DNA of 62,614 bases, the filler included, from an uncultured Myxococcia bacterium (lineage in GTDB: Bacteria > CAZTWC01): assembly GCA_964617105.1 (NCBI GenBank). It is 21 parts of 21 records of this genome, joined end to end, with 100 filler letters (N's around TTAATTAATTAA, not from the genome) between each part and the next. Parts side by side here need not be neighbours in the genome. Positions count along the whole stretch, not along the records: positions 51,147 to 53,982 come from CAZTWC010000401.1; positions 54,083 to 56,876 come from CAZTWC010000402.1; positions 56,977 to 59,767 come from CAZTWC010000403.1; positions 59,868 to 62,614 come from CAZTWC010000404.1; 17 more parts are not named here. One strand, 5' to 3'. Positions 51,147 to 61,260 of the stretch are shown in pieces. Within the stretch, counting starts at the first letter, position 1; each line of letters opens with the position of its first letter. Below the pieces are notes generated by a model. That model did no database searches. It saw only the letters and a list, made by a program, of their open reading frames with translations, and was not told where the DNA came from. Position numbers and translations under genes: made by a program.

Positions 51147-53306
51147 GAGTCTGCTATGGCTGAGGTATCCACCCTGGTAGATACCACCACAACTGATATG
51201 GGGGCGCTGTCCAGTACGGTGAAGCAACTTTCCACTACCTTTGGCCAGATGCCGGTAAAGACTGCCAAGGCGCTATATACGACTATCTCTGCTGGTTTTG
51301 GTGATGCAGCCCAGGCGTCTATTCTGCTCGAAGGCGCTATGAAACTCTCCCGGGGTGGGTTGGCAGAGTTGGAAGTGGCTATTGATGGGCTGACCTCTAT
51401 TTTGAATTCTTATGGTATGGCGGCAGGCCAGGTCACCAGGGTTTCGGACTCCATGTTCGTAGCTATGCGGGCAGGTAAAACCACTATTGGTGAATTGTCA
51501 TCTGAACTTGGCAAAGCAACACCCCTGGCATCATCGGTAGGTGTTTCCCTGGAAGAGTTGTTGGCCGCCACCTCTGCCCTAACTCTGGGTGGTCTAAAAT
51601 CAGGTGAAGCGGTTACCAGTCTGCGAGGTATTTTTACTGCTGTTGTCAAGCAGGCTTCCGAGTCGGTCAAAACAGCCGAAAAACTGGGCATTCAGTTTAG
51701 CACCGCGGCAATTCAATCAATGGGCTTTAAAAATTGGCTGACCCATCTGGCGGAAAAAACCGGTGGTTCTCAAGAGGCGTTATCAGCCCTGTTCGGCCGG
51801 GTGGAGGCCCTTACAGGTGTTTTGGCTCTGACCGGTAATCAGGCCAATAGTTTTACTTCAATAATGGAACAGATGAGTGTGGCTGCCGGCTCCACTGAAA
51901 CCGCTTTTAGGAAAGTAGAGGAAACCTCGGAGGCTGCATTTGCCCGGCTCAAAGCCTCTGTGAGTGTATTTATGGCCACCATTGGTAATCAGTTGATGCC
52001 GGTTGTAAGCGGGATCGCTTCTGCCATTGGTTTATTTGCCAGCAAATTTTCAGCCTTTGGCGAAGCCCATCCGTTATTAACCAGAATAGTGGTGACCCTG
52101 GGAGCAGTATCTGCGGCAATATTGGTGATTGGAGGATTCTCGATGATTATGGCCGGCCAGGTGCTTATGGCTATGGCTATGATTAACATCTCCACCGGGG
52201 GGATTTTGTTGGCTATTGGGGCGGTAGCAACCGCTATAACAGGATTGGTGGTAGCCTTTTCCGATGGAACCGATGAGATGGGGGTTGCCAGTGGATGGCT
52301 GGCTTCCTGTTGGTCATTTGTAAAGGAGAGTTTCTACACCATGGCCAAACCAGTCGCCTACGGAGTTGGCTATCTGGCTGGTATTTTGACCAGCGCCTGG
52401 CAGGAGGTGGCGGACTATACGATTGGGATCTGGCCGCTGATAAAAAAAAATGTTCTTAATACCTGGTCAGCAATAACTACGGTTTTGACTCCGCAGATCG
52501 CTGTGGCAACCGGTCTAATAACTTTTGCCTGGAAAGCAATAGCAGTAACTGTAAAAACGTCCTGGGAGATTATCAAACTGGCGACAGTAACCACTATTGG
52601 CATCATAACGAACACCATTGCAATTGGCTGGCACCTGATATCCGGGATTTTCAAGGCAGGTTTACAGTTTTTAGTTGGTGACTGGTCCGGAGCCTGGGAG
52701 ACAATGAAGTCAACTTTCGGGAAAATTTGGGCCAACATCAAGAGCATTTTTAATAACTACATTGGCTGGGTAACCGGGAGGAGCAAGATTTTTCAGCAGG
52801 CTGGCCAAGGATACATAAATGCCCTTTTTGATGGGATAATGGCAGGGTGGAAGCGACTCAAAAGTGGTGTTGCCAAGGTAATGGGCTCCATACGGGATCT
52901 TCTTCCTGGCTCGGATGCTAAAGAGGGACCGCTGTCTGATTTGACCAGAGCTGGTAAGGCACTAATGCCTACTTTCGCTAAAGGAATTTTAAAGACAGAG
53001 GACGAGCCAGCAACTGTAATTACTCGGTCACTTGGAAAAATTAATCTTGATCCTGCTTTTTATCCATCGACATCTCCACCGGCATCTCCAGTTGATTTAC
53101 CGGATATCATTTTGCCATCGCCAATGTCTCACAGCCAGGCGCTTATTACTGCACCTGCTTCCAATCAGATAACTTTTCAGCGGGGTGCCTTTAATATCAC
53201 TATCAATGGTAATGGCACTTCTTCTGTAGATGACCTGGAAGAAAAACTTACCAATATTTTTCGCCGGGCGGCTATGCGGATGGGGGAGAGTTACAGTTAT
53301 GCCTAA
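51147..53306 (+). CDS. Phage tail tape measure protein (TP901-type core), 5' partial
   Basis: AKALYTTISAG, LTSILNSYG, GKTTIGEL, periodic Trp repeats and LPGSDAKEGPLSDLT. Confidence 0.93.
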   Translation, partial: ESAMAEVSTLVDTTTTDMGALSSTVKQLSTTFGQMPVKTAKALYTTISAGFGDAAQASILLEGAMKLSRGGLAELEVAIDGLTSILNSYGMAAGQVTRVSDSMFVAMRAGKTTIGELSSELGKATPLASSVGVSLEELLAATSALTLGGLKSGEAVTSLRGIFTAVVKQASESVKTAEKLGIQFSTAAIQSMGFKNWLTHLAEKTGGSQEALSALFGRVEALTGVLALTGNQANSFTSIMEQMSVAAGSTETAFRKVEETSEAAFARLKASVSVFMATIGNQLMPVVSGIASAIGLFASKFSAFGEAHPLLTRIVVTLGAVSAAILVIGGFSMIMAGQVLMAMAMINISTGGILLAIGAVATAITGLVVAFSDGTDEMGVASGWLASCWSFVKESFYTMAKPVAYGVGYLAGILTSAWQEVADYTIGIWPLIKKNVLNTWSAITTVLTPQIAVATGLITFAWKAIAVTVKTSWEIIKLATVTTIGIITNTIAIGWHLISGIFKAGLQFLVGDWSGAWETMKSTFGKIWANIKSIFNNYIGWVTGRSKIFQQAGQGYINALFDGIMAGWKRLKSGVAKVMGSIRDLLPGSDAKEGPLSDLTRAGKALMPTFAKGILKTEDEPATVITRSLGKINLDPAFYPSTSPPASPVDLPDIILPSPMSHSQALITAPASNQITFQRGAFNITINGNGTSSVDDLEEKLTNIFRRAAMRMGESYSYA

Positions 53307-53970
53307 TGTTAATGTGTCAGACACTGACAACCGATACCTTTATAACAATCTGCCCACCACCATCATCCTTGGTGATGTCAAAGAGGATGGATCGCCGGAT
53401 ATTTCCCAAAAAATATTTGAGTTCCCGGTGCCGCATAAGCAGATGCGGATTAAGCAAAAAGTCAGGATTGACGAGATAGAGGTGCCGGGCCGCTCGGGTA
53501 AGATCAAACAGGCTACCGGATTTGAAGATACCGAGGTCGATGTGACCATAGACCTGGTGGATCACGAATGCAACCAGGGAACAATCCTGAGTGTTCATGA
53601 CCAGTTGGCAGAATTGCAGCAGGCTTTCAGGAGCCGCAATGGCAGTAAGATTCCGCGGATATTTTCTGTTTCATCTCCCCTGACTGACACTTGCGGGATT
53701 AAGACTGTGCTTTTCAAGGGGATGGAAGTGGAGGATTTACCAGGGACTACCACCATAAAAGTGACAATTTCCCTGGTGGAGTTTGAGCCAGTGGCAGTGC
53801 AGGTGGAAAAGAATGCCGCCCGGGCGAAAGTAAGGGCTGATGCTAAAAAGAAAGCAAAAACTGTAGCGGCCAAATCACCGGTTGATGCAGCAGTCGCAAG
53901 AGAGGATGATCCCATCGCTGCCTCCTATCTAAAAGGCAAGTCAGATGCTATGGGAGGGACCCGGCCATGA
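53299..53970 (+). CDS. Phage tail-associated protein
   Basis: Overlaps the tape measure stop; DEIEVPGRSGKIKQATGFED and VTISLVEFEP; the next gene starts at an ATGA overlap. Confidence 0.7.
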   Translation: MPNVNVSDTDNRYLYNNLPTTIILGDVKEDGSPDISQKIFEFPVPHKQMRIKQKVRIDEIEVPGRSGKIKQATGFEDTEVDVTIDLVDHECNQGTILSVHDQLAELQQAFRSRNGSKIPRIFSVSSPLTDTCGIKTVLFKGMEVEDLPGTTTIKVTISLVEFEPVAVQVEKNAARAKVRADAKKKAKTVAAKSPVDAAVAREDDPIAASYLKGKSDAMGGTRP

Positions 53971-54349
53971 CCGCGACCTATCNNNNNNNNNNNNNNNNNN
54001 NNNNNNNNNNNNNNNNNNNNNNNNNNTTAATTAATTAANNNNNNNNNNNNNNNNNNNNNNNNNNNNNNNNNNNNNNNNNNNNACTGGTCGAGAGCATAGT
54101 TCTCGTGCATCTTCAAATCCGGAACATCCGTTGTAGTTACACGTTATGCCGGAGTAGATGCACCGGAGATTTCAAGCAAGAGAGTTGGTACTGCTACTGA
54201 CACCGGAGACTGGAACGCAAGACACAACACTACGAGTCGCTCCAGGTGACGAGGTTGAGTTTATGAGGGGGTAAAATTTTTCTCTGGTCAACAACCCAAT
54301 AATTTTCTATAATTAAAATATAGGTTCTATTTTAAAGCAAGGGGATGGT

Positions 54350-54586
54350 ATGCAAACAATAAAACAGCGGTGGACAATCCCGGAGGATAAACAGATCCGG
54401 ATAAAAATATCATTACCGGAGAGCATACCTTCTGGTGAGGCTGATGTATTAATGGTTATTGTTCCGCAAAAAAAATATTCTAAAGGTAAACAGACCTTGA
54501 TGGAATTGGCCGGAAGTTTAAAAGGTTCACAAAATTTCTCCAAAGATGCAGTTGAAATCCAAAGGGCCTTACGTAATGAGTGGTAG
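54350..54586 (+). CDS. Putative antitoxin
   Basis: 78 aa, ends DAVEIQRALRNEW, overlaps the PIN gene. Confidence 0.75.
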   Translation: MQTIKQRWTIPEDKQIRIKISLPESIPSGEADVLMVIVPQKKYSKGKQTLMELAGSLKGSQNFSKDAVEIQRALRNEW

Positions 54587-54974
54587 TAAATATCTGCTGG
54601 ACACTAATATTATCATTGGTTTCCTGACTGGCAAAGACAGCGTTGTTTCGTTTCATCAAGTCCATCTTCAATCGGCTGAGATTTTTGTAAGTCAAATAAC
54701 CCGGATGGAGTTACTTGGTTATCCTAATATCACATCCAATGAGGAAAAGAGAATCAAACAGTTTTTAAATTTAGTCGAGATATTACCAATCACACCCGCA
54801 ATTGAAAACAGAGTTATTACGCTACGAAGAAAAACCCGGTTAAAACTTCCTGATGTAATTATAATTGGCACCGCAATGGAAAACCAATGCATATTGGTTA
54901 CTTGTGATCAAGAAATCTGTCTTAAGAATATTGAAAACCTTCAAATTATCAATCCTGATACCAGTCAGAAATAA
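54576..54974 (+). CDS. PIN-domain (VapC) toxin
   Basis: YLLDTNIII, ITRMELL, LKLPDVII and LVTCD. Confidence 0.9.
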   Translation: MSGSKYLLDTNIIIGFLTGKDSVVSFHQVHLQSAEIFVSQITRMELLGYPNITSNEEKRIKQFLNLVEILPITPAIENRVITLRRKTRLKLPDVIIIGTAMENQCILVTCDQEICLKNIENLQIINPDTSQK

Positions 54975-55155
54975 TCTTCTGGCACCTGCCTGAATTATTT
55001 TATTAAACCCGAATTTCATTACCTGGTGTGTTTTTTACTGCTTCATACCATCCGGTACTGCGCCAAATTTACGCCAAATATGTTCTTGAAAGAATAGGGA
55101 ACTTTACATGTTATTGATTTTGCAGAACAAATTGTTAGCGAAAGCACGTTGAGGT

Positions 55156-55198
55156 CCGCATTACGAGTGCGCTGCTCTGCCAACTGAGCTATCTTGGC
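55156..55198 (-). pseudogene. 5' half of tRNA-Thr(CGT), interrupted after the anticodon arm
   Basis: Minus strand GCCAAGATAGCTCAGTTGGCAGAGCAGCGCACTCGTAATGCG, with no T arm or acceptor 3' strand following. Confidence 0.88.
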
Positions 55199-55257
55199 AT
55201 ATGTTGAAATCATTAATGAATGCGCAAGACAGACGCAAATCAATAGCACTGGAGGAA

Positions 55258-55286
55258 ATTATATTGGCAACTATTCGGAAAGTCAA
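55258..55286 (-). promoter_or_regulatory. Near-consensus sigma70 promoter pointing at the tRNA-Thr half
   Basis: TTGACT-17 nt-TATAAT on the minus strand. Confidence 0.75.
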
Positions 55287-55475
55287 CGGGAAAAAAGGGG
55301 CAACTTACCGGGCCGATAACAAATATTTTTTTTATGACTGGCAGTGACCTGAAAAAGATTGTAAAGTTGTGACAATCGATTTCTTCCATTTTTCCGCCAA
55401 CGATTATTCAGTTTTCAAAGAACGTTTGGCTGTAAAAACGACTATTTGTTATAATTTACGTTCAGGAGATTAAAA

Positions 55476-56186
55476 GTGAAAGACAAAAAGAAGGTAGTTG
55501 CAATCATTCCTGCACGGGGAGGTAGTAAGGGGTTGCCGGGAAAAAATCTATTAGATGTTGGCGGTAAACCACTGTTGGCATATCCAATTGAGTCTGCCCG
55601 TTCTACCCCGTTAATCGATCGGGTAATTGTGACCACCGATGATGAAAACATAGCAAATGTTGCCAAAGAATACGGTGCTGAGGTTCCTTTTTTGCGGCCA
55701 AAGAAATTTTCAGGCGATCTTGCCACTACCGAAACTACTCTGCAACATGCTGTCTGCTGGCTTGATGAGCATGATGGATACCATGCCGACGTAGTGGTTT
55801 TTATGATCTGCAACCAAATTTTTCGGAAAAATGAATGGGTGCACCAAGTGGTTGAAAGACTTTTGGCTGATGATTCCCTGGATACCGTATTTGTGGCTGA
55901 TATCACCCACAAAAATTTTTGGCGTAAGGTTGATGGCAAATATATCCGTCTAGCTTCGGATATCGCCTATGCTTCACGGCAGGTAAGAGAACCTCTGTTT
56001 CGAGAAGACACAGGTATAGCCTGTGCCACCAGGGCCGATATTGTCCGTAACGGCGGGCGTGTAGGGAAAAATGTCGATATCGTGCCCACTGATGATGAAC
56101 GGACCAGCATTGATGTCCATTCACCTTTTGACTACTGGCTTACTCAGGCTGTTATCGCCGAATGGCCCATAGATAGAAAGATATGA
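55476..56186 (+). CDS. Acylneuraminate cytidylyltransferase (NeuA family)
   Basis: AIIPARGGSKGLPGKN, VTTDD, EVPFLRP and SIDVHSPFD. Confidence 0.92.
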   Translation: MKDKKKVVAIIPARGGSKGLPGKNLLDVGGKPLLAYPIESARSTPLIDRVIVTTDDENIANVAKEYGAEVPFLRPKKFSGDLATTETTLQHAVCWLDEHDGYHADVVVFMICNQIFRKNEWVHQVVERLLADDSLDTVFVADITHKNFWRKVDGKYIRLASDIAYASRQVREPLFREDTGIACATRADIVRNGGRVGKNVDIVPTDDERTSIDVHSPFDYWLTQAVIAEWPIDRKI

Positions 56187-56196
56187 TAAAAGCACT

Positions 56197-56876
56197 ATGA
56201 AACAAATCAATTGTTGTTTATGCGGTGATAAGGAATACGCTACTCTGTATAAGCAGAGGTTTGTTGATAAATATCTGCAGAAAATATCCCCGGAGTATAC
56301 AAAAATTGATCGCCGTATAGTAATCTGTAAAAAATGTGGTTTTATCTATCGTAACCCTCAAATAGAGGAGGAGGAATTAAATATCCTCTACCAAAAATTT
56401 CGTGACAATTCCCTCCTGAAAGTTTCTCCAGATAGATATTTTGAAAATATTACCAACCTTCCCATGGAAAAAAGCGAAAATTGGGCCAAAGTCACCTGGT
56501 TAAACAGTAAGATCGGCAATTTTCTCATCCAGCCGGAAGTGAGAGTTATCGATATCGGTTGTGGTGGAGGCGTTTTTTTACACACATTTTTAAAGCAGTT
56601 TCCCCAGGCAAACTCTTTTGGTGTAGAGCCTACACCAATTTTCGACGATTTAACTCGCCGCAAATTGGATATTCCAGTGGCTGAAGAGATGTATCGTCCT
56701 GGCATGTTTGGTCAGCATCCCTTTGATCTTATCTGTATTTTGCAGGTATTTGAACACATTTTAGATCCGCTGGCATTTTTATTTGATATTAAACAAGAAC
56801 TTGCCACTAACGGCTGGATATATATCGAAGTCCCCGATATAGCAGATATAGGACATTTAGCAAAAGATCATGACCG
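56197..56876 (+). CDS. Zn-ribbon class I SAM-dependent methyltransferase, 3' partial
   Basis: CCLCG...CKKCG, IDIGCGGG, QVFEHI and IEVPD. Confidence 0.88.
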
Positions 56877-56976
56877 NNNNNNNNNNNNNNNNNNNNNNNN
56901 NNNNNNNNNNNNNNNNNNNNTTAATTAATTAANNNNNNNNNNNNNNNNNNNNNNNNNNNNNNNNNNNNNNNNNNNN

Positions 56977-57190
56977 CTCTGGGTGAACAGGCTGCTACCA
57001 CCAAAGAGTCCAGATCGTTATCAGCAATATCTTTTTTAATAAGTTCTACACCCTCTTTACCGCATAAAAACTGGTGCTGCCGGCAAACTTTGGCACTGTA
57101 TTCTTCGTTAGCAACCTTTTCCACTTTGGAAAGGTCGACACACTCGCCTATATTACATCCAGAACAGATATAAACGCCTATATTTTCCAT
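56977..57190 (-). CDS. qmoB: QmoB/HdrA-like subunit, N-terminal fragment
   Basis: IGVYICSGCNIG...FLC...VVAACSPR directly after qmoA. Confidence 0.75.
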
Positions 57191-57259
57191 TTTATTAAAT
57201 CCCCATTAGATCTGTGTTATCGGTTTGGGTAACCTTAAAGTCGCCCGAATGCATGAAAA

Positions 57260-58528
57260 TTAGCGCAATGACAAAGTTGCCTTCATCGCAGTGCCAGTAG
57301 CTTCCTGCACACAGGAAGAAACATCGGCCGGCATCTTTGCGCATCCTACTGCAAAAATCCCATCTTCCATCTGACCAGGCAAAAAACCGTATTCATCTAC
57401 CTGGAGATCTTTACCAAGATTGGCAGGAATGCCATTGGGCACCATACCCGAAGCCAGAACCACCATCTCAAACTTTTTACTCAACCGCTTATTGGCCTCG
57501 GTGTCCTCCAACTTGAGAATAACATCCTTGGTTTCCGGATCTTCCGAAATTTCAGCCACTTTTCCTCTGGTGAGAGTCACATTCTCATCTTGTTCCACTT
57601 TTTGATAAAAATCTTCTAACCTGCCCAGAGCACGAACATCAATGTAGAAAATTTCCGCCTTAGAATCGGTATTTTTATTCCTTACATAAGTGGCCTGTTT
57701 GAGGGAAGCCAAACAGCAGACTGCCGAACAATAGGGCAGATGATTTTCATCCCTGGAACCAGCGCACTGCACAAAAGCGATATTATTTACCTCTTTGCCG
57801 TCAGAAGGCCGGACGATTTTACCGCCAGTGGGGCCATTGTGAGCAGCCAAACGCTCCATCATCACATTGGTAATTACATTCTGGCTAATGCCGTATTGCA
57901 GATTATCCAGGTTATTAGCATCATAGGGACTCCAGCCGGTTGCAAAAACCACAGTGCCCACATTTATTTTCATCTCTTTAGCCGTGGCATCCAAATCGAT
58001 AGCATCGTATTTACACGCTTCTACGCACTTGTTGCATTCTTTACCCGGACAACTAGCATCATCAATGGTGTATTTTGCCGGATAAGACATCAAATGAGGC
58101 AGATAGATAGCCTTGGTTTTGTCCATGTTGTAATTGAAATCATTATCCCGTTCATGGGGGCACACCTCAACACACTCGTTGCAGGCGGTGCAGTTTTCGT
58201 TTACCATCTGGCCATCCAGGTTCAAAGTAACCTGGTAATTACCAGCCTGGCCGCTAATAGCAGTCAAGTTAGTGGAGGTAAAAACCCTGATTTGGGGATT
58301 TTGTTTAATCCGGCGAAAATTTATCTCCAACCCACAAGTTGGAGGGCATAATTTGGGAAAGTACTGGTTCAACTTGGCCACTCTGCCGCCCAGGTAGGGC
58401 TTTTCATCTACAATATAGACCTCGTACCCCAGTTCAGCAGCCTCAATAGCGGTTGAAATGCCGCTTATGCCGCCGCCTACCACCAGTATACTCTTATATT
58501 CTGCACCTGTAGGTTTGTTTTCAGTCAT
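57260..58528 (-). CDS. qmoA: QmoA (short HdrA-like flavoprotein)
   Basis: SILVVGGGISG, LGGRVAKLNQYFPKLCPPTCGLEI and FVQCAGSRDENHLPYCSAVCC; 422 aa. Confidence 0.85.
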   Translation of the reverse strand: MTENKPTGAEYKSILVVGGGISGISTAIEAAELGYEVYIVDEKPYLGGRVAKLNQYFPKLCPPTCGLEINFRRIKQNPQIRVFTSTNLTAISGQAGNYQVTLNLDGQMVNENCTACNECVEVCPHERDNDFNYNMDKTKAIYLPHLMSYPAKYTIDDASCPGKECNKCVEACKYDAIDLDATAKEMKINVGTVVFATGWSPYDANNLDNLQYGISQNVITNVMMERLAAHNGPTGGKIVRPSDGKEVNNIAFVQCAGSRDENHLPYCSAVCCLASLKQATYVRNKNTDSKAEIFYIDVRALGRLEDFYQKVEQDENVTLTRGKVAEISEDPETKDVILKLEDTEANKRLSKKFEMVVLASGMVPNGIPANLGKDLQVDEYGFLPGQMEDGIFAVGCAKMPADVSSCVQEATGTAMKATLSLR

Positions 58529-58540
58529 AATTTTTACCCT

Positions 58541-59365
58541 TTATAGTTTTTGCTTTGCCTTGTTGATATATTCCCTCTTTATTTCAATCACTTTTTCGCC
58601 AAAAAGGCTGAACATCAACCATCTCATTGCGAACTTGTATAATTCAATATCATTCTCTAAATTCCGGGTTTTTACCACATCTTCCATATGATCGCCCATT
58701 TCAAAACGCTGGAAAAAAGAACTCTGCAGTATAAACCTACGAAATTCATCTATATTATAGGCGGCATTGTAAAACATATCCACCTTTTGCGGATTAAGAT
58801 CCCCTTTTGCCAAATAGGGGTGCAAAGTCACCGCTTTAAAAAACTCGCCCATTTTATTGTAATCTTCTATTCCCTGTTCGTCTATCCACTGAGCCACCGA
58901 GATCACCCGATCTTCATCGTAACCTTTGCAAACATCTTCTTTGAGAAGAAAATAAAACTCTTCGTGCTTTTGGGTATCCTCTTTTTGCTCTTTTGGAGAA
59001 GCCAAACCCAGGGGAAACATACGGCAAGCCCAGGGTCTATCCTCATAAATACCACACCCTTGTTCAGTCACAAATGGGCAGGGAGTTTTTTCATCGTCCT
59101 CCATTTTCAGGACAATAACCGGTATCTTTTGCTCTTTGTTGAAAGGAGCCAAAGTATATTTATCTAGAAAATCATCGGAATGCATATCCAAACGATTTTT
59201 CATCCTTATTATATCGTAGGGAGTAAGAAAAATATTAACATCACTGCAACAATCATTAAAGCATGGTACCTTAGAATGACAGTTGAACTTGAATGTATCC
59301 TTCAAGATTAGTCTGTCATAATTTTTTAAAATATCTTCTTTTGCTTTGTCTATTGGACCAAACAT
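58541..59365 (-). CDS. YkgJ-family cysteine cluster (CxxCxxCC-like) protein
   Basis: FNCHSKVPCFNDCC, LTPYDI and CPF...CGIYEDRPWACRMFP. Confidence 0.88.
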   Translation of the reverse strand: MFGPIDKAKEDILKNYDRLILKDTFKFNCHSKVPCFNDCCSDVNIFLTPYDIIRMKNRLDMHSDDFLDKYTLAPFNKEQKIPVIVLKMEDDEKTPCPFVTEQGCGIYEDRPWACRMFPLGLASPKEQKEDTQKHEEFYFLLKEDVCKGYDEDRVISVAQWIDEQGIEDYNKMGEFFKAVTLHPYLAKGDLNPQKVDMFYNAAYNIDEFRRFILQSSFFQRFEMGDHMEDVVKTRNLENDIELYKFAMRWLMFSLFGEKVIEIKREYINKAKQKL

Positions 59366-59484
59366 ATTTTCCTCTCCAATCTATACTGCCACAATAATAT
59401 TGGCATCCATCCATTAAACAGGTAGTAAACTTATATTTATAATGGCGCTGGGTTACAACGCTCTAATCTTTATATATTATTAAT

Positions 59485-59760
59485 TTAAGAGATAATGCTC
59501 TCTCTACCAGCATCTTTTGAATAAACCGGCAGGGAGCCAGTCTCCCCAGTAAAGGGGTTATAACGAAACCGGTAAGAAGCCTTGACATTGTAGTTTTCCA
59601 GCATCCAGTCCCAGCCTTCAGTGAAAAAAGAGCAATCATCGTTATAACAGATATACATATATTCGGAGCCCCATTTTGACTCCACCGGGCAAGCCCACTT
59701 TAACAGTTTTTGCTGACAATGGGGGCAAGACTCTATTTCATTTTTTTCTGATTGTGTCAT
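59485..59760 (-). CDS. Small zinc-ribbon protein
   Basis: CPHC...ICYNDDC and YRFRYNP. Confidence 0.75.
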   Translation of the reverse strand: MTQSEKNEIESCPHCQQKLLKWACPVESKWGSEYMYICYNDDCSFFTEGWDWMLENYNVKASYRFRYNPFTGETGSLPVYSKDAGRESIIS

Positions 59761-59867
59761 TTTATTCNNNNNNNNNNNNNNNNNNNNNNNNNNNNNNNNN
59801 NNNNNNNNNNNTTAATTAATTAANNNNNNNNNNNNNNNNNNNNNNNNNNNNNNNNNNNNNNNNNNNN

Positions 59868-61260
59868 TAAAAGCCTTGAGAGAAAAGAGATCCAGCATCC
59901 CCAGCCCCATGATGAACATCAAAATACACATGCCGATAATAAAATATGGGCTCTGGAAATGAAATCCCCAGCCCACGGCGTTGCCGCTCAATTTGAAGAT
60001 AGCGGCTAAAATCCCCAACACCAAAAAGCACAACAACACTCCGCCAGTATAGGCCAGTCCATTGAGTAAAAACAAGCCTCGCTGTTGATTAGAACTGCCC
60101 AGGCGCTGCCCCTCCCGCAGCAGATGATGAATCTTCAATATCACTACCGGGATAACACAGGGCATCACATTTAAAAGCATCCCTCCTAAAAAAACGAACA
60201 GCAGCATCCAGAAAAAATCACTTCTGGTGCGGGTGGTATCTGCAGTCTCCGGCAACTCTAATCCACTTACTCCGGAGGTCGCCCTGCGGATGCTCCCCGG
60301 TTTTTGTTGCCCTTCTGGGGAGCCCTTGGCTTTGATGCTGTCAATCCCGGCCGTGGGCAATTTTCCTTGCACAGGTATGATTTTTCCGCCTACCTGAGCC
60401 AACCCGCCAACAAAGGAGAGACAATGGATTCCTTCAGCCCGGCTGGTAATATATGTCCCCTCCTGGGTTTCTCTTTTGAAGGCTGGCAATATTTTGCAAC
60501 TTTTGGGCCAATAGGGGATAAAATCAACTTCTCCGCCATCTCCTCTGACCAGCCAGGTAATCCAGATTTCAGAGCCTTGAATTTTCATATCAATCATTTG
60601 AGCCTGAAATGGACTCTCCTCATTCTCTTCTATGGAAAGAGGGGATTTTTGCTGGAATTCTTCAAATCGGGCCCTATCTTCAGAGGCAATTTTATTCCGA
60701 CCCACTGTCAGAGAAAGGGTCAGGGAACAATTCTCCTTGATACAGGTCTCTTTACAGGCCAACCAATCGGCCCTTACCGATAGTTTCACCTGGTCCGAAA
60801 CCGGCAACTCTTCTACCAGCATCACCTGATTAAACAAGAGCACTTGCTCTTTGTATCCATAGGAGAGAGTTTCCTGCGAACTGTCCACTACCAAGGGCAG
60901 GGGATATCGGGTTTCCCCGGTGATTGCCAGAGGTCCGGTTTCCGGCCAGGTCAACAAGGTGGGCAAACCGGTGTTGCCGGGATGCTTCCAATAGATATGC
61001 CAGCCCGGTTGCATGGTAAATTCCACTCCAGCCCGAAACGGTTCGCCAAAAGTGATTTGGTTGGAGTCGGTTAGTAATCTCGCTTTTATCCGGGGAGTTT
61101 CGCAGAAATGTTTTTGTTCAGCGGGAGAAGATAACCCTAAACCGGGCAGCATCAAACATATAACTGATAATAAAAAGGAAACCATCAAACCACAACTGGC
61201 CAAAACCCTTTTAGCCAGCATTGGAGTTAGCCTAAAATGAGAACCAGATAGCAAGGGCAT
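59868..61260 (-). CDS. Protein-disulfide reductase DsbD family protein, 3' partial
   Basis: PGWHIYWKHPG, WLACKETC, GGMLLNVMPCVIPV and WGFHFQSP. Confidence 0.88.

Noticed and set aside
55156-55198. Intron-containing or split tRNA-Thr
   Set aside because: The break lies after the anticodon stem rather than in the loop, and no 3' half or intron-like sequence was seen on the contig.
3035-59867. TTAATTAATTAA recurring about every 3 kb as a biological periodic repeat
   Set aside because: It is always embedded in N44 padding and is an artificial six-frame-stop contig linker.
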